Assembly: GCA_030647435.1 (NCBI GenBank) | Contig: JAUSJX010000081.1 | Coordinates: 2,913-66,912, forward strand | From: Candidatus Rokuibacteriota bacterium | GTDB lineage: Bacteria > Methylomirabilota > Methylomirabilia > Rokubacteriales > CSP1-6 | Length of the DNA: 64,000 bases | Direction of reading: 5' to 3' | In this document: piece after piece, positions 52,863-62,547 of the stretch | Layout: each line of letters starts with the position of its first letter | Position numbering within the stretch: the stretch's first letter is position 1 | Made by a program: the position numbers and the translations under genes | The notes under the pieces: model-generated | Database searches by the model: none | What the model was told of the DNA's origin: nothing | Seen by the model: only the letters and a program-made list of their open reading frames with translations

Positions 52863-54936
52863 GGGCCTTCTCTTTCTCTGCCTTCGCGGCGGCGACGACT
52901 TTCTCCGCGAGGTGGGCCGGGACTTCTTCGTAGTGCGAGAAGTCCATGGAGTAGCCGCCGCGCCCGCCGGTCATGGAGCGGAGCGAGGACTCGTACGTCA
53001 GCATTTCGGCCATGGGCGCCTGTGCGCGGACGGACACGACTTCGCCGTCGGGCTCCATGCCCACGATGCGCCCGCGGCGGCCGTTCAGGTCACCGATGAC
53101 GTCGCCCGCGTGGTCGGACGGCGCCGTCACCTCGACGTGCATGATGGGCTCGAGGAGGATCGGGTGCGCCTCCATGAAGCCCTTCTGCAGGCCCATCGAG
53201 GCCGCGATCTGGAAGGCCATGTCCGAGGAATCCACGTCGTGGTAGGAGCCGTCGTAGAGCGAGACCTTGAGGTCCACGATGGGGTAGCCGGCGAAGATGC
53301 CGCGCTTCAGGCAGTCGCGGACGCCTTTCTCCACCGACGGGATGAAGTTACGCGGCACGGACCCGCCGAAGATATCGTCCACGAACTCGAAGCCGCCGCC
53401 GCGCTGGAGCGGCTCGACCTTGAGCCACACGTCGCCGTACTGCCCGCGGCCACCCGTCTGCTTCTTGTACTTGCCCTGGACTTCGGCGCGCCCCTTGACG
53501 GTCTCCTTGTAAGGGATGCGCGGCGGCAGGAGGCTCACGTCCACGTTGTACTTGCGCTTCATCCGCTCGACGACCGTCTCGACGTGCAGCTGCCCCATGC
53601 CGGAGACGAGCAGCTGCTTCGTCTCGGGGTCGAAGTGGTGGTGGAGCGTCGGGTCCTCCTCCGTCATCCGGTGGAGCGCCGTCGAGATCTTGTCCTCGTC
53701 GCCGCGCGTCTTGGGCTGGATCGCGAAGGAGATGGAGGGCTCCGGGAAGGCGATGCCCGGCAGGACGACCGGGTGCGCCTCGTCGCAGAGCGTGTCGCCC
53801 GTCAGCGTGTCTTTCAGCTTCGCGACGACGCCGATCTCCCCGGGCCCCAGCGCCTCGACGGGCTTCTGCGTCTTGCCCATGAGCCACCCGATATGCCCGA
53901 TGCGCTCCTTGGCCCCGCGCGTGGAGTTGAGCACCTGGCTGTCGGCCTTGAAGGTGCCGGAGTACACGCGGAAGAGCGAGAGCTTGCCCACGTGCGGGTC
54001 CGCGATGGTCTTGAAGACAACGGCCGCGAGCGGAGCCTTGGGATCGGGCGCCAGCGTGACGGCCTGCTTGGTGCGCGGGTCGATGCCCTCGACCGGGCCG
54101 GCCTCGGCGGGCGACGGGAACTCCTTGACGATCAGGTCCATCAGCGGCTGGACGCCGATGCCCTTGGCGGCGGAGGCGGCCATGACGGGCACGAGGCTCC
54201 CCTGCCCGATGGCCTTGCCGAGGGCCTTGACCATCTCCTCCTCGCCAATGCTGCCCTCTTCGAGATACTTGGCGAGAAGGTCGTCGTCGGTCTCGGCCAC
54301 GGCCTCCATGAGCTTCTCGCGCCACGCCTTAGCGTCGTCCATCGCCTCGCCGGGGATCTCGGCTTCCTTCGGCTTGCCGTCGGCCGTAAGGAGCGCCTTC
54401 ATCGCGACCAGGTCCACCACGCCCTTGAGGCCCGCCTCGGACCCGATCGGCAGCTGGAGCGGGCAGAGCCGGCCCTTCAAGCGCTTCTGGAGTGACTCGA
54501 GGGTGCGGAAGAAATCGGCGCGCTCGCGGTCGAGGCGGTTGATGACAACAGCGCGCGGCAGGGTGTACTCGTTGGCGTACTTCCAGACCTTCTCCGTCTG
54601 CACCTGCACGCCGGCGACCGCGTCCACCACGATGACCGCCGCGCCCGCCACGCGCAGCCCCCCGCGCGCGTCGGCGACGAAGTCGCCGTACCCGGGCGTG
54701 TCGATCAGGTTGAGGCGGTGGCCCTTCCAGTCGCAGTAGGCGACCGAGGTGCCCAGCGAGATCTTGCGCTTGATCTCGTCGGGGTCGAAGTCGGTGGTGG
54801 TGGTGCCGTCGTCCACCTTGCCGAGCCGGTTGATGGCCCCGGCCGCGAACAGGATGGCTTCCACCAGGGATGTCTTGCCGACCCCGCCGTGCCCCGCGAA
54901 GCCCACGTTGCGGATCTTGGAGATGTCCGTCGCCAT
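52858..54936 (-). CDS. fusA: Elongation factor G-like protein (EF-G2 type)
   Basis: GHGGVGKT, DTPGY, KKQTGGRGQY, DGSYHDVDSS; RKISL and NRLD variants are typical of the second EF-G. Confidence 0.93.
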   Translation of the reverse strand: MATDISKIRNVGFAGHGGVGKTSLVEAILFAAGAINRLGKVDDGTTTTDFDPDEIKRKISLGTSVAYCDWKGHRLNLIDTPGYGDFVADARGGLRVAGAAVIVVDAVAGVQVQTEKVWKYANEYTLPRAVVINRLDRERADFFRTLESLQKRLKGRLCPLQLPIGSEAGLKGVVDLVAMKALLTADGKPKEAEIPGEAMDDAKAWREKLMEAVAETDDDLLAKYLEEGSIGEEEMVKALGKAIGQGSLVPVMAASAAKGIGVQPLMDLIVKEFPSPAEAGPVEGIDPRTKQAVTLAPDPKAPLAAVVFKTIADPHVGKLSLFRVYSGTFKADSQVLNSTRGAKERIGHIGWLMGKTQKPVEALGPGEIGVVAKLKDTLTGDTLCDEAHPVVLPGIAFPEPSISFAIQPKTRGDEDKISTALHRMTEEDPTLHHHFDPETKQLLVSGMGQLHVETVVERMKRKYNVDVSLLPPRIPYKETVKGRAEVQGKYKKQTGGRGQYGDVWLKVEPLQRGGGFEFVDDIFGGSVPRNFIPSVEKGVRDCLKRGIFAGYPIVDLKVSLYDGSYHDVDSSDMAFQIAASMGLQKGFMEAHPILLEPIMHVEVTAPSDHAGDVIGDLNGRRGRIVGMEPDGEVVSVRAQAPMAEMLTYESSLRSMTGGRGGYSMDFSHYEEVPAHLAEKVVAAAKAEKEKAH

Positions 54937-55091
54937 GCCTACCTCCCCGTGCCCCTGCTGCGAAGGGAAAACTCGACTGCCGGAGAAAAGGGCGATGTGG
55001 GCGGAAATGCTACCACAGCGCCGCGGGACAGGCCAGCCGCAGGTCCGGGCCGCAGGTCCGGGCAGCCAGGAGTCCACCGCGACACCGGCAG

Positions 55092-57698
55092 CTATCTGAG
55101 CATGTCCGGGTCTTCGATCACCTGCCAGAGTGAGCACAAGCTCCATCCGCAGAAAATACCTGTGGGGAATGATACTCCCGGGGGCGGGTCGGCCAGCCGT
55201 TTCAGAGACGCAAGGTCCGGATCCTCGGGAGGGAATCCCGGTGTCCCTACCCGCGGAAGAACGACGGTCCCGTCCGCAGTCCAACCCTTCACGAAATAGG
55301 TGGGAGTGGCGGTACGGAGCAGATGGTCGGGTGCTACGGGGAGCAGTGACGCCGCCCAGACCGATAGGACATCCGCCTCTCCAGCGCCGATCTCCGTGGA
55401 GGTCCCGTCGACGAGTGAAGACAGGTACACCCGGTTGTTATCGCTGTTCACCCACAGGAGATGCCTGCCTCCGCGCTGAGGGTCAGGATAGTACGGCATT
55501 CCGAATGGCTCCCAGCCCATGAGCGTGGTCACCACACTACCATTCCCATCGACAACTCCCAGATACACGCGGTACGAATCGTTGTCGGCGTAAATGTTGT
55601 GAAAGCCCTCCACAACGATGCGGCTTTCGCCAGGATTGCTGGCGTCGAGGCGCAGCACCATCGACGCAAAGACCCCAGTGAAACCCAGCCCTCCGCTGGG
55701 CGCACCCAGGGCACTCGGGGGCAGATCGAAGACTATCGTGCGCGCCGTGTGGTTCACCACCAGGGCATGGCACTCTTCTCGTTCCATGTGGAACGGATCC
55801 GGGATGTCGAGACAGTAGTCCCCGGGAAGGATCACGTTGAGATTGTCATCAAGAAGGGCACGGTAGTTTAAAACTTGTGGCCTGGCGAAGGGCGGCAGCT
55901 GCGAGAGCATGAAGAACGGGTCGAAGAGATCGGGTCCACGCACGAGGGTCGCCACGGGTGGGTCGCGGAAGACTTGATCGGGCCGTGGCCGGTTCAGGGT
56001 GAACACGTAGAAATGCGACACACCCTCACCAGGAACACCCCCTTCCACCAGGAAGGTGTCGTTGCGGGTGCCCCACGAGCGCAGAATGACGAGGCTGCCA
56101 GACGGGAGTTGAGAGCGTACGTTGAGCTTTGTCACCAGCGTCCCATTGCGAAAGTACACGTCGCCGTCGGCCGCGTTGACGAAGAGTTGCTCGATGGTCC
56201 CCACGTACTTCGCGGCCTTGCCGATGACGGCACCCCCAAACCCAGGCGGGTTATCCTTCTTCTCCTCGCCCAAGCTCCCCTGATACACCACCATGTAGCG
56301 CTCCGGAATCGGCCGGTCAGTCGGAGGACGGAAGCTGAGAGTCTGGTCGGACAGAGCATCCCCGGACGCCACCGGCCCCGAAATCGTCCAGGACCCGAGC
56401 TCGCGGCGCCCCTCACTCGCGTAGTCGCCGAAGACCTTCAGCATGCCGTCCTTCAGCGGTTCTTGCGACTCGTTCTTGCCCGTCAACAGGAACGCTTGCG
56501 GATCCGCCGGGTCCGGCGCGATCCTCGCCCCGAGCTTCCCCCGGAAGAAGTAATCCAGCAGCGCAGCGGAGTAACTGACGGCCTTCGGTAGGAGCCGCGC
56601 GGCGTAATTCTCCAGAACCTTGTCATCTAGGGCCTTCTCTTGGTCTCGTAGTGCATCGGGGAGGCTCTCATACAGGGCGCTCGGAACCGCCAGCCGATAT
56701 CCAGTGTCTCCGTCCTGCGTCTTAAGGAAGTAGCGGCGACGCACACCGCCGGGCGCATCCTCTTCATTGCCGAGCTCGACGCTCGCAAAGGATGGATACC
56801 GAAAACTGGGATTACCCGGCGCGTGATCCTCGAAGACTGTATGGTCACTGAAGAAGTTGGCGTTCGTATACTCTGCCAGCCCGACGGTGAGACGCATCGT
56901 ATCTGTGGGATTGGTCCCATCGTACCGATCGGTGTCCATGAGCCGTGCTATTGGAACTTTCGCCACCTGATCATCTACGGGCACGTTGATCGAGAAGATG
57001 CTCGGATCGACCGGCTGAAGGGTCGCGCTCAGAATGGAATCGACCCTTGGCTTGTTCCTCAGTGCCCACGCCTCAAAGCGGTCCGATACGGGGCAATGGA
57101 TGTCGTTGCGTGTATGCGCCGGTACCACCAGGTCAGCCACGAGATGCATTTGCTGACCCAGGACCTGAAGGGTCCGGGTCCATCCGTCGTCGCGGTCGAC
57201 CATCGCCCCAAGTGTTAGGGCCTCGAAATACGCCTTCCGAGCGTCGGCCCAAGCTGCCTGTCCACTCTGCCCCTGGTCGGCGTTCTGAGCCCATCGCGGC
57301 GACGACTCTCCGGAGATGACGAAAGGCAGACAAATGCTCAGCGTCCTCAACCCGGAGTCCGCCCACGACGCCACGATTGGGTTGTGGAAATGGTTCTTCG
57401 ATCGGTATGCCGCGCCGAACCACTCGCTCTCGTCGTACAGGTCCTCGGCGCGCCCGCCAAACTGAATCCATCGGAAACCGGTCCGCTCGTCGTCCGGTTT
57501 CCGTCGAAATGTCTTACCAAGCCCATCCTTCAGGCCGAGCTCATCCTTCAGATATGCCCCAGTCCCCGATATGACGGCGGCGCGATCGTTGATCGAGACG
57601 TGGGTCTCCAGCTTGAAGGCCACCGCGCCGGGGATGTCCGCCGTCGTCAGGACTGCGAGGATCAATGTCCCAAAAAAGCGGGGCTTGTACGCGATCAT
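55092..57698 (-). CDS. Secreted protein with Zn-dependent phospholipase C/P1-nuclease-like N-terminal domain
   Basis: Signal peptide then AF..ETH, ED, NHFHNP, LGQQMHLVADLVVPAH...H, FE; unknown beta-rich C-terminus. Confidence 0.7.
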   Translation of the reverse strand: MIAYKPRFFGTLILAVLTTADIPGAVAFKLETHVSINDRAAVISGTGAYLKDELGLKDGLGKTFRRKPDDERTGFRWIQFGGRAEDLYDESEWFGAAYRSKNHFHNPIVASWADSGLRTLSICLPFVISGESSPRWAQNADQGQSGQAAWADARKAYFEALTLGAMVDRDDGWTRTLQVLGQQMHLVADLVVPAHTRNDIHCPVSDRFEAWALRNKPRVDSILSATLQPVDPSIFSINVPVDDQVAKVPIARLMDTDRYDGTNPTDTMRLTVGLAEYTNANFFSDHTVFEDHAPGNPSFRYPSFASVELGNEEDAPGGVRRRYFLKTQDGDTGYRLAVPSALYESLPDALRDQEKALDDKVLENYAARLLPKAVSYSAALLDYFFRGKLGARIAPDPADPQAFLLTGKNESQEPLKDGMLKVFGDYASEGRRELGSWTISGPVASGDALSDQTLSFRPPTDRPIPERYMVVYQGSLGEEKKDNPPGFGGAVIGKAAKYVGTIEQLFVNAADGDVYFRNGTLVTKLNVRSQLPSGSLVILRSWGTRNDTFLVEGGVPGEGVSHFYVFTLNRPRPDQVFRDPPVATLVRGPDLFDPFFMLSQLPPFARPQVLNYRALLDDNLNVILPGDYCLDIPDPFHMEREECHALVVNHTARTIVFDLPPSALGAPSGGLGFTGVFASMVLRLDASNPGESRIVVEGFHNIYADNDSYRVYLGVVDGNGSVVTTLMGWEPFGMPYYPDPQRGGRHLLWVNSDNNRVYLSSLVDGTSTEIGAGEADVLSVWAASLLPVAPDHLLRTATPTYFVKGWTADGTVVLPRVGTPGFPPEDPDLASLKRLADPPPGVSFPTGIFCGWSLCSLWQVIEDPDMLR

Positions 57699-58291
57699 GG
57701 TTGGGACCCCGGTTTGCGAAAGGGTTGAAGGCCGAGTTGGCTGCGTTCCTCGTTGATGAGCCGCATCAGATTCGGCACTTGCTCCCATCGGACCATCTCC
57801 ATGCCGAGCGGCAGATCGGCGTCGTGAATGCGGGCCCCTCTGGTAGTCGGACGCCTCAATGGAATCGTCACATAGGTCTCGGGGCGGTCCCGATCACGCG
57901 GATCCCGGGGCGGACGATCCACAACTGGGACATCACGACCGTAGTAGGCTGCATATCCGGGCGTGTATGCCGGGTAATACACCTTGAGCTTGGGCTCAAG
58001 GATCCATCCAAAGGGTGTGAAGTGTGTACGGTGTGGAATCGCGAACTGCCCATTGCCATCGCTGAGGGTTTCGTAGACATCCCAATCGCCCTCGGCTACC
58101 TCCGGCCCAGTCGGCATTTCACGCGTCCAGATGGCGACCACGGCCGCACCAGCGACGGGCCGACCGGTTTCGGCATCGACGACTTGGCCGCTGTATGGAC
58201 CACTCGAATAGACCAAGTGTCCGCAGCCTGCGGCCAGGCTGAACGCCACCCCCAGCAGCAGACAGACACTCGCACTGCTCCTCCAGCCCAT
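57695..58291 (-). CDS. Lipoprotein with carboxypeptidase-regulatory-like domain
   Basis: Lipobox LAAG|C; GQVVDAETGRPVAGAAV...TLSDGNGQF; ATGA overlap with the downstream gene. Confidence 0.8.
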   Translation of the reverse strand: MGWRSSASVCLLLGVAFSLAAGCGHLVYSSGPYSGQVVDAETGRPVAGAAVVAIWTREMPTGPEVAEGDWDVYETLSDGNGQFAIPHRTHFTPFGWILEPKLKVYYPAYTPGYAAYYGRDVPVVDRPPRDPRDRDRPETYVTIPLRRPTTRGARIHDADLPLGMEMVRWEQVPNLMRLINEERSQLGLQPFRKPGSQP

Positions 58292-58301
58292 GACGAGCCT
58301 C

Positions 58302-61142
58302 CTAAAAGAAATGCAGCCGCCAGACGCCGTCTGCGTCGCGCACGAAGAGCACCAGGTGGCCAATGGGCTGCCCGTTGTCGATCCGGGTCATGTTCAATTC
58401 GGCCCACTCACCGTCGAAGGACACGAGACTGATATCGGTCAGGACTGAGTCGATCTGGCTCAAGGGAATCGTGAGGTTGCTCAGCAGCGTTTGGTAGCTG
58501 TCACGTTTTCTCATTGCGATGGATTCGACGGCGGTCGTGAGCGCCCCGCGACGGAGCGCATCCTTGAACCCGATCCACCGCGCCTGCAGGAATGCCACGA
58601 GCGCCGCCCGATCCAACACCTGGATGATGGCCGCGGCGTTGGTCTGAGTGCGCTGGCTGTCGGTGACGGCCACGCTCGCCACGTAGAGTCCCGGCTGGGA
58701 GTAGGTGAAACTCTGCCCGTCGAGGCTCGCGCCCTGGAAATCCACGGAGCCGTTGCCGTCGATGTCGAGCGCGACCTGGGTCACGGGGCGAGGCGCCGAT
58801 ACCGAGAAGGTGACCTGGAGGGGCGCGATGCCGCTCTCGGGATTTGGGCGGAGGACGACGGCATCGGAAGGATTTCCGGTAACGCCGATGGGGATGGTGC
58901 TGCTCGTCGTGGCTCCGGTGACGGTGGTCGCCACGGCGATCAGCTGCGTGGTGCTTTGGTCCACAGACACCAACGCGGCGAACGCGCTCCCGTGCACCGC
59001 CGCGGGGCGCCCGTTGACGGCGACCCCGACATCTTTGCCGCCCGCATTCACACTCCCGCGCACCAGGAGCAGGCCGGCCTGAACGGTGGCGCCTGCCGGG
59101 GGTGAGGTCACCTGGATGCTCAGCGTGCTGACGGTGAAGCTCTGCTGGGCGGGAGTGGGATCCTCGTTGCCGGCCAGGTCCCGGGCCTTGACCTCGAAGG
59201 TGTGCCCGCCGGGAGTGAGACCGCTGAGCAGAATCTGTGTGCTGGGGTCGAAGGCCGAGTAGGGTCCGCCGTCGAGCCGCCAGGCGTATTGGAGGCGGGC
59301 GACGGACACGAGGTTGTCCGTGCCGGTGACGGTGAAGGTGGCGGACGTGTCGGTGATGGGGCCGCTGGGCCCTGCCGTGATTTGCGTGTCGGGCGGAGTG
59401 TTGTCCACGATCACCGCGCGCGTCGCTGCGGCAGTGTTGCCCGCCTGATCGGTCGCTGTCGCGGTCAGCGTCTGGGCGCCGTCGAGGATACCGCTTGTGT
59501 TCCAGCTCGCTGTTGCCGTCACCGACGGGGCCGGAGGCGCCGGGCTGAGGGTAACCGTGAGGGACTGGCCACCCGCGCTCACGACAAGGCTCGTCACAGC
59601 GCTGCCTCCACCCCCGCTCGCCTGGGCCTGCACGGTCACCGTCTGGCGCACGTAGGCGTTGCCGAGAGGTGTGACGAAGGTGATGACGGGCAGCTGGTTG
59701 TCGTGGGCGATGCTCGCCTGCGCCGGGGCGCTCGTGAGCCCGTTTCCGAGCCGCGCCGTGGCAAACACCTCGAGCGTGTTCTTGGCGTTCAACGCCAGCG
59801 GCGACGCCAGTGAGAAGGCGCCCCTGTTGTCCGAAAAACCCGTGATCGCGGTCGTCGCGTCGTTGACGAAGAGATCTACGCGGGCGAAGGGCACGGCGGT
59901 GCCGCTCACGGTCAGCGGAGAGTCTCTGGTGAAAGCCGGCAGCCCCGCGAGGCTGGGGGCCGGGGGCGCGCGGAACCGCAGCAAGCGCCCCGAGCGGCCG
60001 TCGGCGACATAGAGCGAGCCGTCGGGGCCGAGGGCCAGGCCCCGCGGGTCCACCAGGGACTCCGCGAATCGCGTGAGGTGCGCATCCCCGTGCACCTTGA
60101 CTATAGCGCGGGACCGGGGCGTGACGTAGAGCGACGCGAGCTGGTCCAGGACGAGACCGCGCGGATCCTGGAGACCGCCCGGGACGAAGTAGGTGGGCGG
60201 ATCCAGGCGGCCGTCCGGGAGCAGCGGATAGCGCGCGATGACGCCCTGTGCCTGCCGCAGCCCCTCGACCCAGCGGGCTGCGGCAAAGAGCGCGGTGCCG
60301 TTCAGCGCCAGGGCCTCGAGCTGGTGGAGGCCGGTGGCAACCACCTCGAGCTGGCCCGTCGAGGGGTCCCGGCGGATGATGACCTTCGCCTCGGCCGTGA
60401 TGTAGACGGTGCCATCGTGGCCTCTGGCAAGCCAGCGCGGCGTCCGCAATCCTCTGGCGAGAACCGACTGCGCTCCCCCGGGCGTCACGCGCAACACGCG
60501 TCCGGCGTCCTCCTCGGCGATCAGGAGATCCGCGCCGTCGAGCGCCAAGCCGGAGGGACGTCGCAGCCCGGCGGCAATGATGACCGCTGAACCCGCCGGA
60601 TCTACCCTGAAGATCTCGCCGTGTCTCACATCTGACACATAGGCGGTGCCGTCGGACGCCACGGCCACGCCCAGGAGCTCGCCTTGAGTCTGCAGCAGCG
60701 ACTCTACGACCGAGACGCCGCCCCGCACAGACGTCGTGAAGCGGATGTCCCTCCCAGACGGGTTCTTGAATTTCAGGACCAGGTTCTGCACGCGCCCGCC
60801 GGGGCCAAGGAACCCGTCCGGCAGCGGCACGCTCACGAACGGCAGGCCGTCGCCAGTCTGGCCGGAGGAATTGGCCAGGATCACGCCCGAGCTTACGCTC
60901 GTCAGCACGAGAGACAGCGGCTCGAGCAAGACATCCGACGAAATGTTAGTCAGCGTGCCCGAGGTGACGAAGACCTGCTCGGCGCGGTCGTGGCGGAAGC
61001 CGCCGAACTGAACCCGCACGCGGCTGTCGAGATTGACCTCCTGTGCGGAGAGCGAGGGCGGCCCGAGGATGGCAATGAGAACCACCCAGACACCCGCGAG
61101 CGCCCAACCGAGACCTGCGGAGCGATTCTCGGAACTGGCCAT
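58302..61142 (-). CDS. Secreted multidomain protein: NHL beta-propeller, several Ig-like domains, PKD, C-terminal NTF2-like domain
   Basis: Signal peptide; P.GLA...DG.LYVAD repeats; ATDQAGN, DNTPPDT, ARDLAGN; TYSQPGLY; C-terminal FVRDADGVWRLHFF. Confidence 0.85.
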   Translation of the reverse strand: MASSENRSAGLGWALAGVWVVLIAILGPPSLSAQEVNLDSRVRVQFGGFRHDRAEQVFVTSGTLTNISSDVLLEPLSLVLTSVSSGVILANSSGQTGDGLPFVSVPLPDGFLGPGGRVQNLVLKFKNPSGRDIRFTTSVRGGVSVVESLLQTQGELLGVAVASDGTAYVSDVRHGEIFRVDPAGSAVIIAAGLRRPSGLALDGADLLIAEEDAGRVLRVTPGGAQSVLARGLRTPRWLARGHDGTVYITAEAKVIIRRDPSTGQLEVVATGLHQLEALALNGTALFAAARWVEGLRQAQGVIARYPLLPDGRLDPPTYFVPGGLQDPRGLVLDQLASLYVTPRSRAIVKVHGDAHLTRFAESLVDPRGLALGPDGSLYVADGRSGRLLRFRAPPAPSLAGLPAFTRDSPLTVSGTAVPFARVDLFVNDATTAITGFSDNRGAFSLASPLALNAKNTLEVFATARLGNGLTSAPAQASIAHDNQLPVITFVTPLGNAYVRQTVTVQAQASGGGGSAVTSLVVSAGGQSLTVTLSPAPPAPSVTATASWNTSGILDGAQTLTATATDQAGNTAAATRAVIVDNTPPDTQITAGPSGPITDTSATFTVTGTDNLVSVARLQYAWRLDGGPYSAFDPSTQILLSGLTPGGHTFEVKARDLAGNEDPTPAQQSFTVSTLSIQVTSPPAGATVQAGLLLVRGSVNAGGKDVGVAVNGRPAAVHGSAFAALVSVDQSTTQLIAVATTVTGATTSSTIPIGVTGNPSDAVVLRPNPESGIAPLQVTFSVSAPRPVTQVALDIDGNGSVDFQGASLDGQSFTYSQPGLYVASVAVTDSQRTQTNAAAIIQVLDRAALVAFLQARWIGFKDALRRGALTTAVESIAMRKRDSYQTLLSNLTIPLSQIDSVLTDISLVSFDGEWAELNMTRIDNGQPIGHLVLFVRDADGVWRLHFF

Positions 61143-61285
61143 CTCCCCTCCCGCGGCGCGCGTATCGTTCGCACGCGCCGAACTGGAGGCTCACCGTAGG
61201 CCCGCTCCTGGCGTGTTTCAAGAGTGCTTGTTTCGATACAGGACCCTGTCACGAATGGAGGACACTCCCGCGCGCACGGGACATG

Positions 61286-61316
61286 AAAAGGGGGCGCCGG
61301 CGATGCCGGCGCCCCC
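61286..61316 (-). terminator. Rho-independent terminator
   Basis: GGGGGCGCCGGC-3 nt-GCCGGCGCCCCC stem followed by TTTT on the minus strand. Confidence 0.8.
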
Positions 61317-61342
61317 GAGGTGAACCGCTGCGGGATCGGCTG

Positions 61343-62515
61343 CTACTGGTTCCGGCCGCGCATCGATGCCGGCTGGCCGGGCAGCTTGAGCGTCTTGCCG
61401 GTGTTGATGACGCGGATGCCCTTCTTCGTCTCCTCGACGCGGAGGATGGACACGTCGCTGTCCATGTAGTTGCCGACGAACAGGTACTTGCCGTCGGCGC
61501 TCCACACGGCCCCTTCGGGCAGGCCGCGCACCTCGACCTCGTCGAGCTTCGTCACCTTCTTGCCGTCGATCTTGAGGATGACCACGCTGCCGTTGCGGTT
61601 GTAGAGCCACGAGCTCCACGCCTGGTTGCTGCCGCGGAGCAGGATGGCCGCGGCCAGGTTGCCCTTGGGGCTGATGGCGAGACCCTCGGGCGCGTCGCCC
61701 ACCACCACGCGGTCGATCACGCGGGGCGGGGTCGCCTCGAGGTCGATCACGCTGACCGTGTCCACGTTGCCGTCGGAGCCGCCGGCGAAGCCGTTGTCGG
61801 CTGTCAGCGCGATGCTGCCGTCGGGCACCACGTCCACGTTGTAGGGCCAGAGGCCCACGGCCATGTTGTGCTTGCTGTCGGTTACCTTCTGGCCGTCTAC
61901 GTTCAGCACGGCGATCTTGTGGCCGGGGAACTTGGCGACCAGCGCCCGCTTGCCGTCGGGCGTGAAGACCACGTGCGCCACCTGCTCGCCCATGGGCACG
62001 GTGTCGATCAGCTTGACGTCCTTCCCGGAGATGGACAGCACACTGATCGAGTTGTCGGCGCGGTTGGCGACAAGCGCCAGGTTGCCGGCTTTATTAATGG
62101 ATAGCCCCGAGGGCTGCTTGCCGACCTCGACCGTCCCGATGTGAGCGGGAGGGTTCGTCGTCAGGTCAATGACGTAGAGCTTGTTGTCCGGCACCGGCTT
62201 CCAGTCGTCGCCGTCCTTCTGCCAGTCCATCGAGTTGGCCACGATCGCCAGCTTCTGGTCGGGCGTGATGGCCAGGTTGGTCGGCGGGCCGACCACGGTG
62301 TTCATCAGCGGCAGGCTGCCGACGATCTTCGGCGCCTCAGGGTTGCTGATGTCCACGATGGCCACGGCGTCTTTCCCGGGGGGCCGGCGGATCTGTTTGC
62401 CGGTCTTGTCGAAGACGATCTTGTCGTCGATGCCGATGATCATCAGCTGGGCGTGGGCGGCGAGCGGCGCGAGGACGAGCGACAGTGCCAGGGCCAGCGT
62501 CTTTGCTGTGCGCAT
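61343..62515 (-). CDS. YncE/YVTN-family beta-propeller, exported
   Basis: Signal peptide (AAHA); repeated VG..P..LAITPDG / VSVID units. Confidence 0.87.
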   Translation of the reverse strand: MRTAKTLALALSLVLAPLAAHAQLMIIGIDDKIVFDKTGKQIRRPPGKDAVAIVDISNPEAPKIVGSLPLMNTVVGPPTNLAITPDQKLAIVANSMDWQKDGDDWKPVPDNKLYVIDLTTNPPAHIGTVEVGKQPSGLSINKAGNLALVANRADNSISVLSISGKDVKLIDTVPMGEQVAHVVFTPDGKRALVAKFPGHKIAVLNVDGQKVTDSKHNMAVGLWPYNVDVVPDGSIALTADNGFAGGSDGNVDTVSVIDLEATPPRVIDRVVVGDAPEGLAISPKGNLAAAILLRGSNQAWSSWLYNRNGSVVILKIDGKKVTKLDEVEVRGLPEGAVWSADGKYLFVGNYMDSDVSILRVEETKKGIRVINTGKTLKLPGQPASMRGRNQ

Positions 62516-62547
62516 GCGAAATCCCCCTCTCGTCTGGTGGGTTGGGG

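Noticed and set aside
55030..61290. Integrative element boundaries around the secreted cassette
   Set aside because: No integrase, transposase, tRNA or flanking direct repeats found; only a compositional shift.
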